Of a DNA stretch of 64,000 bases, positions 1 to 17,528 are shown one piece after another; within the stretch, counting starts at the first letter, position 1, and the number at the start of each line of letters is the position of its first letter. The stretch comes from the human T2T-CHM13v2.0 reference genome, Homo sapiens: assembly GCF_009914755.1 (NCBI RefSeq), contig NC_060927.1; one strand, 5' to 3'. The notes under the pieces were generated by a model. The model saw only the letters and a program-made list of their open reading frames with translations. It searched no databases and was not told where the DNA came from. Position numbers and translations under genes: made by a program.

Positions 1-300
1 AGATATAGCGCAGCTCCTCTGTATGACATCACAGTGGTAGATACACATCATTATGCATTTGTCCAAACCCATAGAATGTAGTATACCCAGAGTGAACCCA
101 AATGTAAACTATGGACTTTGGGTCAGTGTCATTGTAGGTTCATTGATTATAACAAATGTACCACTTTGTGGGGGATATTGGTTATGGGGGAGGTTATGTA
201 TGTGTGAGGGCAGATGGTACATAAGAAATCTCTGTAGTTTTCTCTCAGTTTTGCTGTGAAGCTAAAACTGCTCTAAAAAATAAAGCTTATTTTAAAAAAA
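1..300 (+). mobile_element. Old LINE-1 (L1MC-type) 3' end fragment
   Basis: CATTTGTCCAAACCCATAGAATGT...TGTAAACTATGGACTTTGGG...AAAACTGCTCTAAAAAATAAAG resembles an L1MC 3'UTR. Confidence 0.7.
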
Positions 301-681
301 TCACAAAACTTTCTTTGACTCATGTTCTAGTTGGAGCACAAAAGTGGAGAACTGCTATCTTTTCCAAAAGTGTTAAATGAGTTCATGAAACAGGGCTGGT
401 CACCATTCAAGAGGTATTACATTTCAGTAACAACCCCTTCACCCTAGTCAGAGATTTTTGGCAATTTCTAACATCCAGAAACACAGACAGGAGGCTCGAA
501 ATGAAAAGAAGCCTCTTGGTATCAAGGAAAACAGTCACAAAGCCCACACACATTAAGCTGGTAATGATCCTCAGATGTCTTACTGTTGAAAAAGCCCAGC
601 ATGTTAAAGCTCAGGAAGAATCCCTTCAATGGGTTCTTGAGGACAAGACTGTATTTCAGATAGTATAATAATCAGTGTTCT

Positions 682-1063
<382 letters not shown>

Positions 1064-1559
1064 TCAATGAGTAAAGATTATGTTTGGTTTTTGAATATTG
1101 GAAAATGCACCACTCTCTAGCAAGATTTCCAAAAATGCTTACAAGCTGGAGTTTTGGTACAAGGCCTCAGCTGATTTGAGAAATTTTACTTCAGTGTAAG
1201 AGCTTGTTTTCAGATTATCCTGAATGTGTTAATTCTTAATACTCTCCACTCTGGAAAAAAGATAACCACCAAAGCGAGACAGGGCCACAGTGGTTCAGTC
1301 CAAGGAGAGATTTATTGTGAAAATGAAGAGTCAGGGTAACTGTATTCTAGTCTCTCCTCTGCCAAGAACCAGTTGAGTAATATTGACTTCCCTTTGCTTG
1401 CCTCTAAAAATTAAGGAAATTAGTTATTTCTGGTTTCTTTCTGGTTTCTAAGGAAATTAGCTGATTTTTGGTTTCTTTCTGGTTCTAATATTCAAACATG
1501 AAACATGAGGAAACATTAATAGAAAGGAAAAGGTGAATCACATTATGAGCAGGTATCAT

Positions 1560-2100
1560 CCTTTTATTCACTCTGGCCATACTTGTTGAGAGTTCTATTG
1601 AGCTGGCCCATACCAAGCTCTGAGAATACTGTAGTAAGGGAAAGAGCTCCTGTCTTCATGGAGCTTTTTATTTAGTGAGGAAACCAGGCAACAAGCAAAT
1701 AAACCAACAAGTTGAGGAAACAGTCTGAGAACCATAGGAAAGACATCTTTTTTACATGGAATAGGCAGGAAATAGCACCTCTGGGGGAGTTACGTTTGAA
1801 CCTAAGAATGAGCAGAAAAGTTGCATGAAAAATTAGTAAAGAGCATTTCCAGCAGAGGGGCTTGCTAGTATCTAGGCCCTAACAGAGAAGAGAAACTTAG
1901 TAAACTGTACAAACTGAATAAAAAACCAAAACAAAATTTCTAATGACTGAAATAATTAAGTAGGAGTGGCACAAAAAATTTGAACAGGTATGTGGGAGCC
2001 AGTACAAAGTTTTGTCAGTCAGTCTAAGACACCTGGACTCATTCTTAAGGATGGTAGAGAAATTGCTGAAAGGCTTTAAGTAGGACAGCAACACTTACTG
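1560..2100 (-). mobile_element. LINE-2 fragment
   Basis: Degenerate L2-type motifs (CCTGTCTTCATGGAGCTT, AGCATTTCCAGCAGAGGG). Confidence 0.55.
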
Positions 2101-2121
2101 CTTTTTAAAAAATGGACTGGA

Positions 2122-3257
<1,136 letters not shown>

Positions 3258-3716
3258 TTATGATATACATAAGACATGTAAGACATGTAAGCAATAGACA
3301 TCGTGATTCTTCTGTTCTACCTCTTTTATATATATTTTGCTTTTTGTCACAGTGATTATATATCTTTGTTCTAAGAACCACTTTTTATTTACCTTTTCAA
3401 TGTGCATTCATTCCCCAGCAAAATTCCTGAGCACATACTTGGTGCTTAATAAAGGTTTAATAATGTTCTAAAAAACAAACATCTTTTCCTCTCAGCTTTA
3501 TCAGTGTGTCCTCACTGAGTCCAGAAAATTTCAGACTCTAGGTCTACAGAACAATGCTTGAAGCTTAGAGTAATAGAGAATATTATTCTGGGTTCAATTT
3601 ACTTAGTAATCTGTTCAATTCCACCCCATCTCCCAGGACTGTTTTTAAGAGTCCTAGATTGGATTACATACTTTGTGATTTACCATGAAAAACTAACTCT
3701 CAAAAGCTGGGCATAG

Positions 3717-4466
3717 GGCCGGGTGCGGTGGCTCACGCCTGTAATCCCAGCACTTTGGGAGGCCAAGGCAGGCGGATCACAAGGTCAGGAGATCAAGACC
3801 ATCCTGGCTAACACAGTGAAACCCCGTCTCTACTAAAAATACAAAAAAAAAAAAAAAAAAAAAAATTAGCCAGGTGTGGTGGCAGGCGCCTGTAGTCCCA
3901 GCTACTCAGGAGGCTGAGGCAGGAGAATGGCGTGAAACTGGGAGGCGGAGCTTGCAGTGAGCCAAGATCACACCACTGCACTCAAGCCTGGGCAACAGAG
4001 CAAGGCTTCGTCTCAAAAAAAAAAAAAAAAAAAAAGCTGGGCATTGGCCGGGCACAGTGGTTCATGCCTGTAATCCCAGCACTTTGGGAGGTGGATCACT
4101 TGAGGCCAGAAGTTCAAGACCAGCCTGGCCAACATGGCAAAACGCCATCTCTACTAAAAATACAAAAATTAGCTGGGCAGTGGTGCGTGCCTGTAGTCCC
4201 AGCTACGCGGGAGGCTTGAGGTGGGAGGATCACTTGAACCTGGGAGGCAGAGGTTGCAGTGAGCTGAAATCACACCATTGTGCTCTAGCCTGGGCGACAG
4301 AGCGAGACTCTGTTCTCCAAAAAAAAAAAAAAAAAAAAAAAAAATGCTGGGTATAGCTGTGTGTACTTGTAGTCCCAGCTCCTGGGGAGGCTTGAGGTGG
4401 GAGGATCCCTTGAAACCAGGAGTTGAGTCCAGCCTGGGCAATAGAGTGAGCCTCTGTCTCTAAAAT
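3717..4466 (+). mobile_element. Tandem Alu cluster (two full Alus plus a monomer)
   Basis: Elements at 3717-4035, 4046-4344 and 4345-4466, with the target sequence AAAAGCTGGGCAT repeated between them. Confidence 0.9.
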
Positions 4467-4817
4467 ACACACAAAGACTCAGACACTCCTACTTGGGGAA
4501 GCAGGGACCAGTTTGCTTTTCAAAGTTAGCAGTGAACCAAAGCACATTTCCTAAGACAGTTTCAAGCTAAAGCAAGACTTCCATATTGTGGTTTTGACCC
4601 AGCCCTTCCTTCCCCAGCCCCTTGTCCCCCAGTAAATCAACTTAGGGATTATTAAAACAGCAGCAGAAGCTTAAATGGCAACAATCCACAAATCTGCTTC
4701 AACTTCTGAAATCCAACATTTGTACCAGGCTTTTGTGTTAAAAATCATCTGACATTTCTGATTTTTGTGAGAACTGTCTTGCTTAGGAAAAATTTTGAGG
4801 TAGGTGACTAGAGACAT

Positions 4818-5196
4818 TGTATTAGTCTGTTCTCACACTGCTATAAAGAACTACCTGAGACTGGGTTATTTATTTAAAAAAGAGGTTGAATTAATTCACA
4901 GTTCCACAGGCTTAACAAGAAGCATGACTGGGAGGCCTCAGGAAACCTACAATCATGGTGGAAGGCAAAGGGGAAGTAGGGACATCTTCACATGTGGCAG
5001 GAGAGAGAAAAGGAGTAAGTGCTACACGCTTTTAAACAACTAACTCTCCTGAGAACTCACTCCTCATCACAAGAACAACAAGGGGGAAATCTACCCCCAT
5101 GATCCAATCACCTCCTATTGGGTCCCTCCCCAACAATGGGGATTACAATTCAATGTGAGATTTGGGTGGGGACACAGAGCCAAACCAAACATATCG
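4818..5196 (-). mobile_element. MaLR solo LTR (MSTA/THE1D-like)
   Basis: TGTATTAGTCTGTTCTCACACTGCTATAAAG ... GAGATTTGGGTGGGGACACAGAGCCAAACC. Confidence 0.85.
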
Positions 5197-7404
5197 GAGA
5201 TCTTCATTTGGTACGAAGAAAATCCACATAAAACTCTGATAAATGGCAGTGGCTTGCTAGCCCAGCCTTCTCAGTCTCACCTACCAGAAAGGCCTCCTGA
5301 GAATGGCTGCAGAGGGTGAATGTCTTCTTACTCCTTCCTTGTTCTTGCAAAGCAGCGCTCCCTCTCTGCTCTGCACACCTAAGCTTGAAACTCTTTAAAG
5401 GCAGGGAAATAATCTTATGTGTGTATTTCCCAATTTAGCTTGGCACAGTGCCCTATGATAAAATGCTTATTTTTCAATTGAGAGTGTCTTTTACATAGGA
5501 AGATAAAAACATAGAATTCTGACGCTAAGTAATTGCTTATACAGGGATACTTCCAAGACCAAGAAGCCTAACTAAACGAGAATGTAACTAAACTTTGCTT
5601 CCTATGTTCATTTCATTAGTCTATTATTGGTAACACTTTTTCAGACTGAACCATTAGAACAAGGCATACTGAAAAGCTGCTTATAATCCTCTTTGCTTAA
5701 TAAGTGAGGTCAAATGATATTAAGATATAAAAGATTAGCCTGCAGAATCCTCTTCTAGTTCTAGTCAACACTGTCATCAATCCACACACAATTAAACAGA
5801 TAGGAGCAATTTATAGGCGTTATCTTCCAGTTGCAACAATTCCCATTGGTAATAGAACTGAAATGCCGAACACTTGGCAGACTTTACTGAAAAAAATTTC
5901 AGGTTGGGCAGTTGAGATAAAATCATGACTAAACACTTGCCAAATGCATCCTCACTCACCTACTCTCAGCGTTACCTCCCCCAATAATTCCTCAAATCAA
6001 AAACCTGATGAGTCGAATCCCAAAACCACTTTGCTGGAGTAACCAAGTTTGGGGGTATGAGCCACAGACCAGAGACACTTGTTATCTGCTCTTCTATTTT
6101 CTTGACGGGTAGCAGACGTGCTCTTGTCAACCAACTATGCAAAGAGTGGACAGCGAGTGTAAGACATTCCAAAAATCTGCTTGAGCAGCAGGTCTTTGGA
6201 ATACTAGTCTATCAGTACAAAACCACTGCAGCTTATAACCAACCACAACTACACATTAATCTGTCCTGAATATATATTTTGCAGTTTCTTGCATAAGTTA
6301 CCAAAAAGTAAAATCTTATGTTTGGCAAGTTGTATCCGATCCATCAATACCCTGCAGTTATTGCTACCATGTCTTCCTTCTTTCACTGATAAACCATTCT
6401 CTTCCTCTTTTAGGAGAAAGTCCAAGTTTGATATATGAGAGACCCTGGCCTATTGCCCTACTTGGGATGTTATTTGATGGACAAAATGGGGTGGTTACAG
6501 TGAGATATGTTTGAAAAAGGTAAAACTAAGTTTTAAATAGGTTCCTATAAGCAGGACTGCTCAGACTCCTTATTATGATAATAATGTACATAAGTCTCCA
6601 AGAGGCTGGGGAATAAAGTACACAGTATGTGCGAGGCTTGTTTATTGCCTCATTTTCACGGAGCATGGTGTGGGATAAGGGTTTCATGGAACACACTGGG
6701 CAATCCTGTGTTGGGTACATGTTGGCTTTTATAGGCTGACACGGTCCTTGACTTGTTAAGATGGATTGTATGAAAAAAATCACGTTCTGAGCTTGAAACA
6801 GCCTGCTAAGAAACAAACTTGCAAAACACAACCAAACGACATGCATTCATCTCCAGCCACTGGCTATTTGTGCTTTTGAGCGATTTTTCCTAGATGGCAC
6901 ACAAACTGCAAACAAAATTAAGTTATTTCCAATTTTTCAGATTTTAAAAAACCCCAGAAGCTCAAACACCTGAAAAATGCTACTCCTAAAGCATAGTTAT
7001 GGATCAATAATCCATATACATTTATTTGTAAGGTACAATTTCTAAAATGTTTTCTACATCAAAAAATGTATGAATAAAGACCATGAAATTTAGTTAGGTT
7101 TGGATTTAAATCCTATCATTTAGCATGTGTGAGGCACTGAAATGATTAATAAATAAGTTGACCAAGAGCACTTTCCTCACTTACAAAGTGTAGATAAGAA
7201 TGCTTGCCTTTGTGTGGTGGTTTTGAGGGTTAGATGTAAGGGACTGAGCACAATGCTACTAAGACTGAGGAAACTACTCGGCCACAGCGTAATCCATGAT
7301 CCACTCCTGGTATCCAGGGCAAGTGGTCGATGGATTATGGTCTTGAGATAGCTAAGTAACAATAAAATAAAATCCACACACAGGCAATTGTCATATTATT
7401 GTAT

Positions 7405-7410
7405 TTTATT
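7405..7410 (-). terminator. Distal polyadenylation signal of PPP1R2
   Basis: AATAAA on the minus strand, with TGTA directly upstream and GCCTGTGTGTGGATTTTATTTT downstream. Confidence 0.8.
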
Positions 7411-9231
7411 ACAGTACGTGTAGTGTATACTAACTGAAAGGGAAAAATGTAAACAAAACCAAAGTCATGGGGAAAATGGCATCTTGCTTTAATCTTCAAC
7501 TGAAAGTTACCTTAACAATCCATTTACACCATTATGTCAAATTTTAGTCATCTCTGCAGAATTTTAGACAAATGAAAACAGACAAGGTAACACCAAATAG
7601 TTAAGCACAGAAAGTGATACTGATTAAAAAGTTGAAAGTAAAATCTACCTTGGCTAGAACTGAACATTCAGATCTGTCTCTCCAGAGGAAAATCTAACTT
7701 GAATCATAATGGTTCATATTTTGACTAGTTCATACCCTATCAATTACCTACTTATGACTTGAACATACCTTTTCTCAGCTGCATGTGACAGCCTAAAACC
7801 CCACTGAGCATGCTGCTTGGCATGCCTTACTCCTCTGAAATCATCATCTACTTTCTAAAAACCAGAAAATGAGTTTGTGATTTAAATTTCAAAAAATAGT
7901 TTGTAGAAAACACAAAAAGAATCAACTGTTTAAAGTCTTATCCTTTTCTTCACTCTATGACAGCTACTTCTACAAAAAAAAAAAAAAAGAGTATGTGGGT
8001 ACTTTCTAAGAACTCAGAAACAAGAAAACCAAAATCAGAGGGTGCATGAATATATGTGCACGCACATGTACAGACTTAATCTCTACATCCCCCAAGACAG
8101 ATTTAAACAGGTAATCCCAACATTTTAAATTCAGAAACCAGAGACAAACAGTTTTGTTTCTAAATCAGTGGTATTCCTAGCTGAAATGTTTAGAATACTG
8201 CACTCACAGTTCAGCAGTACTTTGATTATATATCTCATTCAAAAAATCAAAATAATGGCCACATTCTTCTAACAGCAAGGAATTCTCCCACTTTTTATTT
8301 ATTTTCAAATACTGCTGTTTCCATAAACCTGCAAGTGGAAGATAAGCTGTTCAATAAAAGCCTTCTTTCATATATGTATCTATATATAAAATATACAGAC
8401 GTTATTTTAGAAGTCTGTTCATATAACAGATTATTTTGGTACTAACAAAAGTTGTACACAATTCATCAATTGTATGGCTAGAAATGAAACCATAACTAAA
8501 CCAAGACACACAGGGCTTTCCTGCACTTGGTTGAAGGAAAAAATTCCACCTAATTCTTACTGCGTTAGAAGAATAAAGCACGTTTGTCATAGTACACATT
8601 ATCGTAGTCCCTTAAAGCAGGGACTATTTAACAATGTCCAGGCTTACTTCTGTCTGTACATTCAGGAATAATCATATCACTGGTTACATACAACTCTCAT
8701 GCAAAGAAAACCCTCAAAAAACAAACAAAAAAAACCCTCAGTTAGTTGTTTTCTTAAGTCTAATTAATCCAAACTAATAATAGCCATTTAATTAGCAATC
8801 TGTAAATCAGAGAGGTATAGAAATTCAGCAGCTAAACTGTATTTCCCACCTATAGCACTGCTGCTACTCAAACTATTTTCTTCACGTATTAGAAGAATTC
8901 ATAGGCATTGATGGTCAAAATAAGAATTTCAACATAGCAGCAAATGACAGAAGAGTGAGAGAAAGAGCTCCTAATGTGGTGACAGTCTTAATGATCCTTT
9001 AAAAGGTAGAAGATTGTGTGCGTATGTGTGGAAAGGAGTAGGAAAGAAAAGCAGGAGGTTAAGACAGGTATTTAAAGGGAATGGCGAGATAGCTACATTA
9101 GAATATTTATTTTTTTAAAAAACTGCTCTGAAGTCTGCCCAGTGTACCAAAAACATTAAAAAACAAAAACAAACAAAAACCCCCCAAAAACAAAAAACAG
9201 AGCAGACATTGGTGAAAGTTTAACCTGATAA

Positions 9232-9237
9232 TTTATT
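9232..9237 (-). terminator. Proximal polyadenylation signal of PPP1R2
   Basis: AATAAA on the minus strand, followed ~35 nt later by a long U/GU-rich tract (reverse complement of 9150-9200). Confidence 0.6.
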
Positions 9238-9860
9238 TGTGGGGAAAAAAGCTAGTTTTGATGAGAAAAAGTTCAGTCCTTTCCTTGTAAACACAAAGAA
9301 ACTCAACAGGAATTTTAAAAATAGTAGGTCAGAAAATGCAACAGTAACTCTTATAATTCTTTTCAATTAAACAGACAAATCAAGTTGAAGACAAGTGTTA
9401 AAATACTATTCAGCCTAAATATTTATCAGTCTATATATCCTGTTGTTCAATTGGCTTTTGATTTTTAAAAAAATCAAATCAATAAACTTTGTAAGAGCTA
9501 CCACATTTCAAGTGATGAAAATAAATTAGTTCCCCCCCAAAGATATTGTTTAACTTCTAAAGCATAAAAAGCTCTATAATATCTTATACAAATTAACCAG
9601 TGTTTTTACAAAAGTAATGCAGTTTTGGACTGATGATATTACACTGTATTTGTGGTAAAGTACTAGGCACAAGAATATATATATCGATTAGGCATTTTCA
9701 GTCTAATCAGTCTCTAAGTTTATCATTTAATTCTTGGCAATATATAATAACTGGTATGCATTTTGGTACTTAAGTCATGAATTGTGAAGAACAAGAAGCA
9801 ACGTACTATAGTCACAGGGTTTACATCTAACAAACAATTGCAGTGTTGAACAAATCTCGT

Positions 9861-9907
9861 CTATGAACTTCGTAATTTGTTTTGCTGTTGGTCACTTGGA
9901 GTAGATC
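9861..9907 (-). CDS. PPP1R2: Inhibitor-2 coding part of last exon (exon 6)
   Basis: TTTGCAG acceptor, then (G)STPSDQQQNKLRSS and TAG. The exon sum 122+108+78+95+168+47 = 618 nt gives 205 aa plus stop with consistent phases. Confidence 0.97.
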
Positions 9908-11334
9908 CTGCAAAGATAAAAGAAAAAGTCAACATAATTTGTTATATGTTGTCAACCCTGGCTAAAGTTCCCTTCTATTAGCATGCATGACAAGCAAATA
10001 TAAAAATTTTAAAAACAAATAAGGTATATTTCATGTAGGCTGATTTAGACTGAAATTGAAGAATCTATACACTCCCCTAAATAGTCTAAAGAACAGAAGT
10101 GTCTACTTGCTGATAAAACAAACAGGTTTCAGATTGAACATTTCTGTAAGTCACAGGTGGAAAGGTAAGAGTTTACGACAACTCCAATATCCAGAGCTAT
10201 AAAAAGATACATATTTATTACCTGAAAGCTATAAAATATCACCTAAGAGTCCAAACATGTCATTTTCTCCAATGAATTGTGTGAATGGGGGAGGAAAGGG
10301 GGAAGGGAGGAGACTGGCACTGTCCCAAAACTAATGGGTTCTATAGAACTTAGAGATCTGAAAAGCTGGTAAAATGTTAAGGGCCCAAAAAGGGTAGGGG
10401 GTAAATAAGGTACTTATTTCCCTAAGTCTTATCCTATTCTTGTGGGTTTTATAATGCTAAGCAGGATATACTCCTTTGCAAGGTGTACTTCATCTCCAGT
10501 GAAGAAAAATCAGGCACTGACCTAATACAAAATTTTAATCCTCCATTAAACTTAAACAAAAAATATATTTATGTACTAAATATGTGAAATGTAATATCTT
10601 ATAAGCAGAGACGGACAAAATGCCATAGTTATTTTTCAAAAGAAATGGCGTTAAAACAAACAAACAAAAAACGCTGCCTCTATAACAAAAAACAAAATAA
10701 AAATAAAAATGGATAATAAAAACATGCCACAGCTACTATGTAAGATGAAGTTTGCTCAAGTTAAATATAAGTTAAACAGACTATGGGATATATAATGGAA
10801 ATGAAAGGCTATATGAAATAGACTAAAAGGTTGAAGCATATTACGGAATAACAAAAAGTACTGTAATCCTGACACTATGAGACAGCAACTCATCAGGCTG
10901 TATCATAGAATTATTCATATTTAATACTATGCTTACCAAAATGGTAATACAATAATTATTTAATTTCCTAAGACTTAACCATTCTGGGCACCACAAATAA
11001 CATCAGTTACGCCTCCACTGAAAAGTATGAAGTTTGTAAGTACAAGGAGTAGGTGGTGGGCACAAAAAATCTCCATTAGTGATGCAGAAGATTCACTTCA
11101 TTAAATACCAGAGTAACAGTTCATAAAAAATAAATAAAACCTATTTCCTATGACAGATCAGGAGTTGCTAGGCTGCAGGGGCTGGGTGTCTAAAACTTAA
11201 AAAAAAAATAAAAACAAAAACAGTTAAATAACTTGTCAATCCAACAGTCAAAAGAATCCGTATTGGAAAGATATGACATACTTTGTATCTAACGGGATGT
11301 AAAACCAAATCTTCCATACTAAAAACATGTTTCA

Positions 11335-11636
<302 letters not shown>

Positions 11637-11979
11637 TTAAAAATTTTAAATTTTAGATCGTTATGACAAATACAACATGACCTAAAATATTCAAAACAAA
11701 ATATAGCTTAATATGAAGACAAACATCCTTGCCTAAAGGCAAGTAAACCATAAGAAAGCCATATAATAAAACATATGGTCTAAAATCAAATCAACTCTAG
11801 GTATAAAAACTTTATTATTCTGAAATTGGCCATGCGGGTTAAAACTTTAGAAACATTTGGTATAATAAAGCGAATCTCAGCAAAATTTTCTGTTTTTTCA
11901 CAAGTTTAAAGCAAAATAAAGTACATTATCTTAGGCACAGACCATTACAAAAGTCTCAGTGACATTTTCCAGACATCTA

Positions 11980-12171
<192 letters not shown>

Positions 12172-12192
12172 TTAGGAAGTTTGAGCTCAAGG

Positions 12193-12352
12193 ATTGGCCC
12201 ATGCCTGTTTTATAAATAAAATTTTATTGAAACAGTGATGCTCATTTGTTTTTGTCATGCTTAAGGCTGCTTTTGTGTTCAATGGCAGAGTTGAGTAGTT
12301 CGTAATAGAGACCACTGGGCCCTGCAAAATTTAAAATATTTACTATCTGGCA
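12193..12352 (+). mobile_element. MER58-like hAT DNA transposon
   Basis: AAATAAAATTTTATTGAAACAG ... GGCAGAGTTGAGTAGTT ... AAAATATTTACTATCTGGC. Confidence 0.7.
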
Positions 12353-12954
12353 TTCATCTCAATGGAAGAACAAGAATATATCCAGCCATTAGAAATTATA
12401 TTTGTGAAGAAAGATTAAAGCTATGGGAAAATTATCCAGAAAGAGTTAAATGGTGACAAAAGAGCAAGTTACAACACCATATACTATATTTACTATGTAC
12501 AATGCCTGTCACATACACACACAGAGAGAAAAATAAGACTCAGCAATTAACAGTGTTTAATTCTGAGTCAAGGAACAATGAAGTAGTTTTAATATTTTAT
12601 TATTTTCTATTTTTATAATTAAGAAAAAATCCTTTAAAACAATTCTTACCTGTTAAGAAACTGCCATGATTTAAGACATTGTTGGCTAAAAACGTAACCT
12701 CATTTTCAGAGTAATTTTAAGAAAAACGTATTATAAAGTAATGGTGAAGTGACTCCAAAATATTTCATTTTAGTCTTCACCATAGAAACATAAAGCTGGC
12801 AGCAACACAACTGATCACACTAGAGCAACTATTTATGAATACATAATTTTAAGGTTTTTAACTTCCTTAGATCAGAAAATTAAAAAAAAAAAAACAACAG
12901 AAAAGGGGGGGCCAATATAAAATTGCCAGCTATTTTACCAATGAACAGCATTAA

Positions 12955-14919
<1,965 letters not shown>

Positions 14920-16062
14920 TGATTCTTAATAAGTCATAACTAACATTTAAAAAGGTTAAGGCAGACTATTTATATGAATACAACAAGTGAATTATTCTTT
15001 TTATACCTACTTTTACTTTTTATGGGGGAATATCTTAAGTTGTTAAAAGTTAGTATTTAGTGAGTGCTCACAATATGCCAAGATCAGTGATAAGTGCTTT
15101 AAATGCTTTAACTCATTTAGTAGTCACCAAAATATTTTTACAGCTGCCAATTTAGAAATGAGAAAACGGAGGCTCGGAGAAATTATGCAAATTAGCCAAG
15201 TGGCATACCTGGAGCACAAACTTAGGTTTGTCTGTCTTCTTAGACAATAATCTTAATTGTTATGCTGTGAGTTACAGTTTTTCTCCCTAAGCTATCTACT
15301 GTCAATAGACAACAATTTTTCAGCCACGTAACATCTATATAATTCAGTAATAACCCCACCAGTGGAAAATGAATTAATGAAATTATAATTAGTCAAATGG
15401 CTCCCCCTGCTGGTTGACTCATGAAATCACAACTTGAGAAAAACATCCCTCAATTAAAACTGACATTAACAAAAAATTCCTTATTCTCAACAGATCATGT
15501 TTTTAGAGAGTAATGAGGAAACAAACTCCAGAAACTATTTCTATTTGAAATACTTTTCAAGGATCTTTTGGGGTATATTTTGGGAAAATAAATGGAAAGT
15601 CACTGAAAGTTGAGATACAATACAACTTGAGAATATGCTACATGTAAAATTTCTCTCGTACAAATATTAGGCTCAGCCCATCATAGCTCTGTTGAACAGG
15701 CTATATTCTGAAGATGATAGGAAAGACTAGTAAATGATATCTTAGCAGCTACACGACAAAGATCCTTCGTTCTAAAGTTTCTCAGCTTCTTCACGGTACA
15801 GGAGGTAGTCCCTACGCCACAACACTTCAAGTAGGTTTCTACCATATTTTCCTTCTTCCTCTTTTTTGTGAGTATGTGCTTTTCTTATATCTTTCCCCTC
15901 TACCCACAAGCTTGGATTTTCCTTTAAAAATAGTTGCAAATAAACTATACACAATTTTTTAACTCCTGAGAAGATTATATATTCACATGAATCAAAAAGT
16001 ATAAAATGCAACAAGATAAGACATACTCCTTTTCTCCCAGCCTCCACGGGTAACCACTTTTA

Positions 16063-16186
16063 CTTGTGGAAACAGAAAGCACGAGCAGGCAGCAATGCCT
16101 TAAATGTGTATGTGCTGAATGGCCTACGAGACCCTCTTCCATCCCTGTGAAGGGGAGGGCTGTCTCCATCTCCCTTCCTGTGACAC
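16063..16186 (-). pseudogene. U6atac (minor spliceosome) snRNA-like copy in PPP1R2 intron 4
   Basis: The minus strand reads GTGTCACAGGAAGGGAGATGGAGACAGCCCTCCCCTTCACAGGGATGGAAGAGGGTCTCGTAGGCC...TTAAGGCATTGCTGCCTGCTCGTG, colinear with U6atac from its first base (roughly 70% identity by eye). Confidence 0.85.
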
Positions 16187-16656
16187 TACTGCTCCTTTTG
16201 ATTGATGGGACCTAATAAAGACCTTCACTCTGCATCTGATCATCTTGGTTCATTTGTTAAGTTGCATCACTGTCCAACAACACAAAAAGCATAAGCAACT
16301 GGGAAATTAGCTCTTTCAGCTACCCACTTTAAGACCGTCCAAACGCTCAATGACTTGAAATGCATTAATTTAAAAAGTATTTACTGAGTATCTACTCTGC
16401 ACTAAAAAGTACAAAGAAAATAATACTTATAATTACTTTAAAGATGGTAATACTTCCCCATATTCTTGAAATCAGGGGTAAAAAACTATTACACAACAAA
16501 ACACACAAGTAGTATCTGAATTATAAAGATGTTGCTTTCATTCTCCTCCCCTGTGTGTCCCCAAAATGAAAACCATTTGCTCATCTTCCAAATAATGGAT
16601 TTATCTTAGCAAAAATTACTAGCACCATGATGAAAGCAGTAAAGGAAATAAACTAC

Positions 16657-16751
16657 CTCGTTCTTCAGGTGAGAGGTCACTATCCTCCTCTCCACTGCTT
16701 TCTTGTTCCTGAATCCGATACTTTGGCTCCAAGCCTTCAGCTGCAGCTAAT
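16657..16751 (-). CDS. PPP1R2: Inhibitor-2 coding exon 4
   Basis: CATAG acceptor and GTAGTT donor. 95 nt, encoding LAAAEGLEPKYRIQEQESSGEEDSDLSPEER(E). Confidence 0.97.
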
Positions 16752-16905
16752 CTATGCAACAATCATGTACAAAGAAATTAACAGTGATGTTTTGATATTA
16801 TTTAAGCGCCTTATTCAACTGTTGATTCTTACAAAAACATCTGAAGATCATTAATGTGCTAGCTATAACCTGATGAGGAAAATAAAAGGCAAGAGAGCAG
16901 AAACG

Positions 16906-17528
<623 letters not shown>

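Larger units (their letters stand above)
7385..9860 (-). other. PPP1R2: PPP1R2 3'UTR (~2.5 kb, long form; 3' end approximate)
   Basis: AT-rich, Alu-free sequence running from the stop codon to an AATAAA (7405-7410) that is followed by a GU/U-rich element. Confidence 0.8.

Noticed and set aside
16627-16854. 75-aa ATG ORF antisense to PPP1R2 exon 4
   Set aside because: Short, with no independent promoter, splice or domain support.
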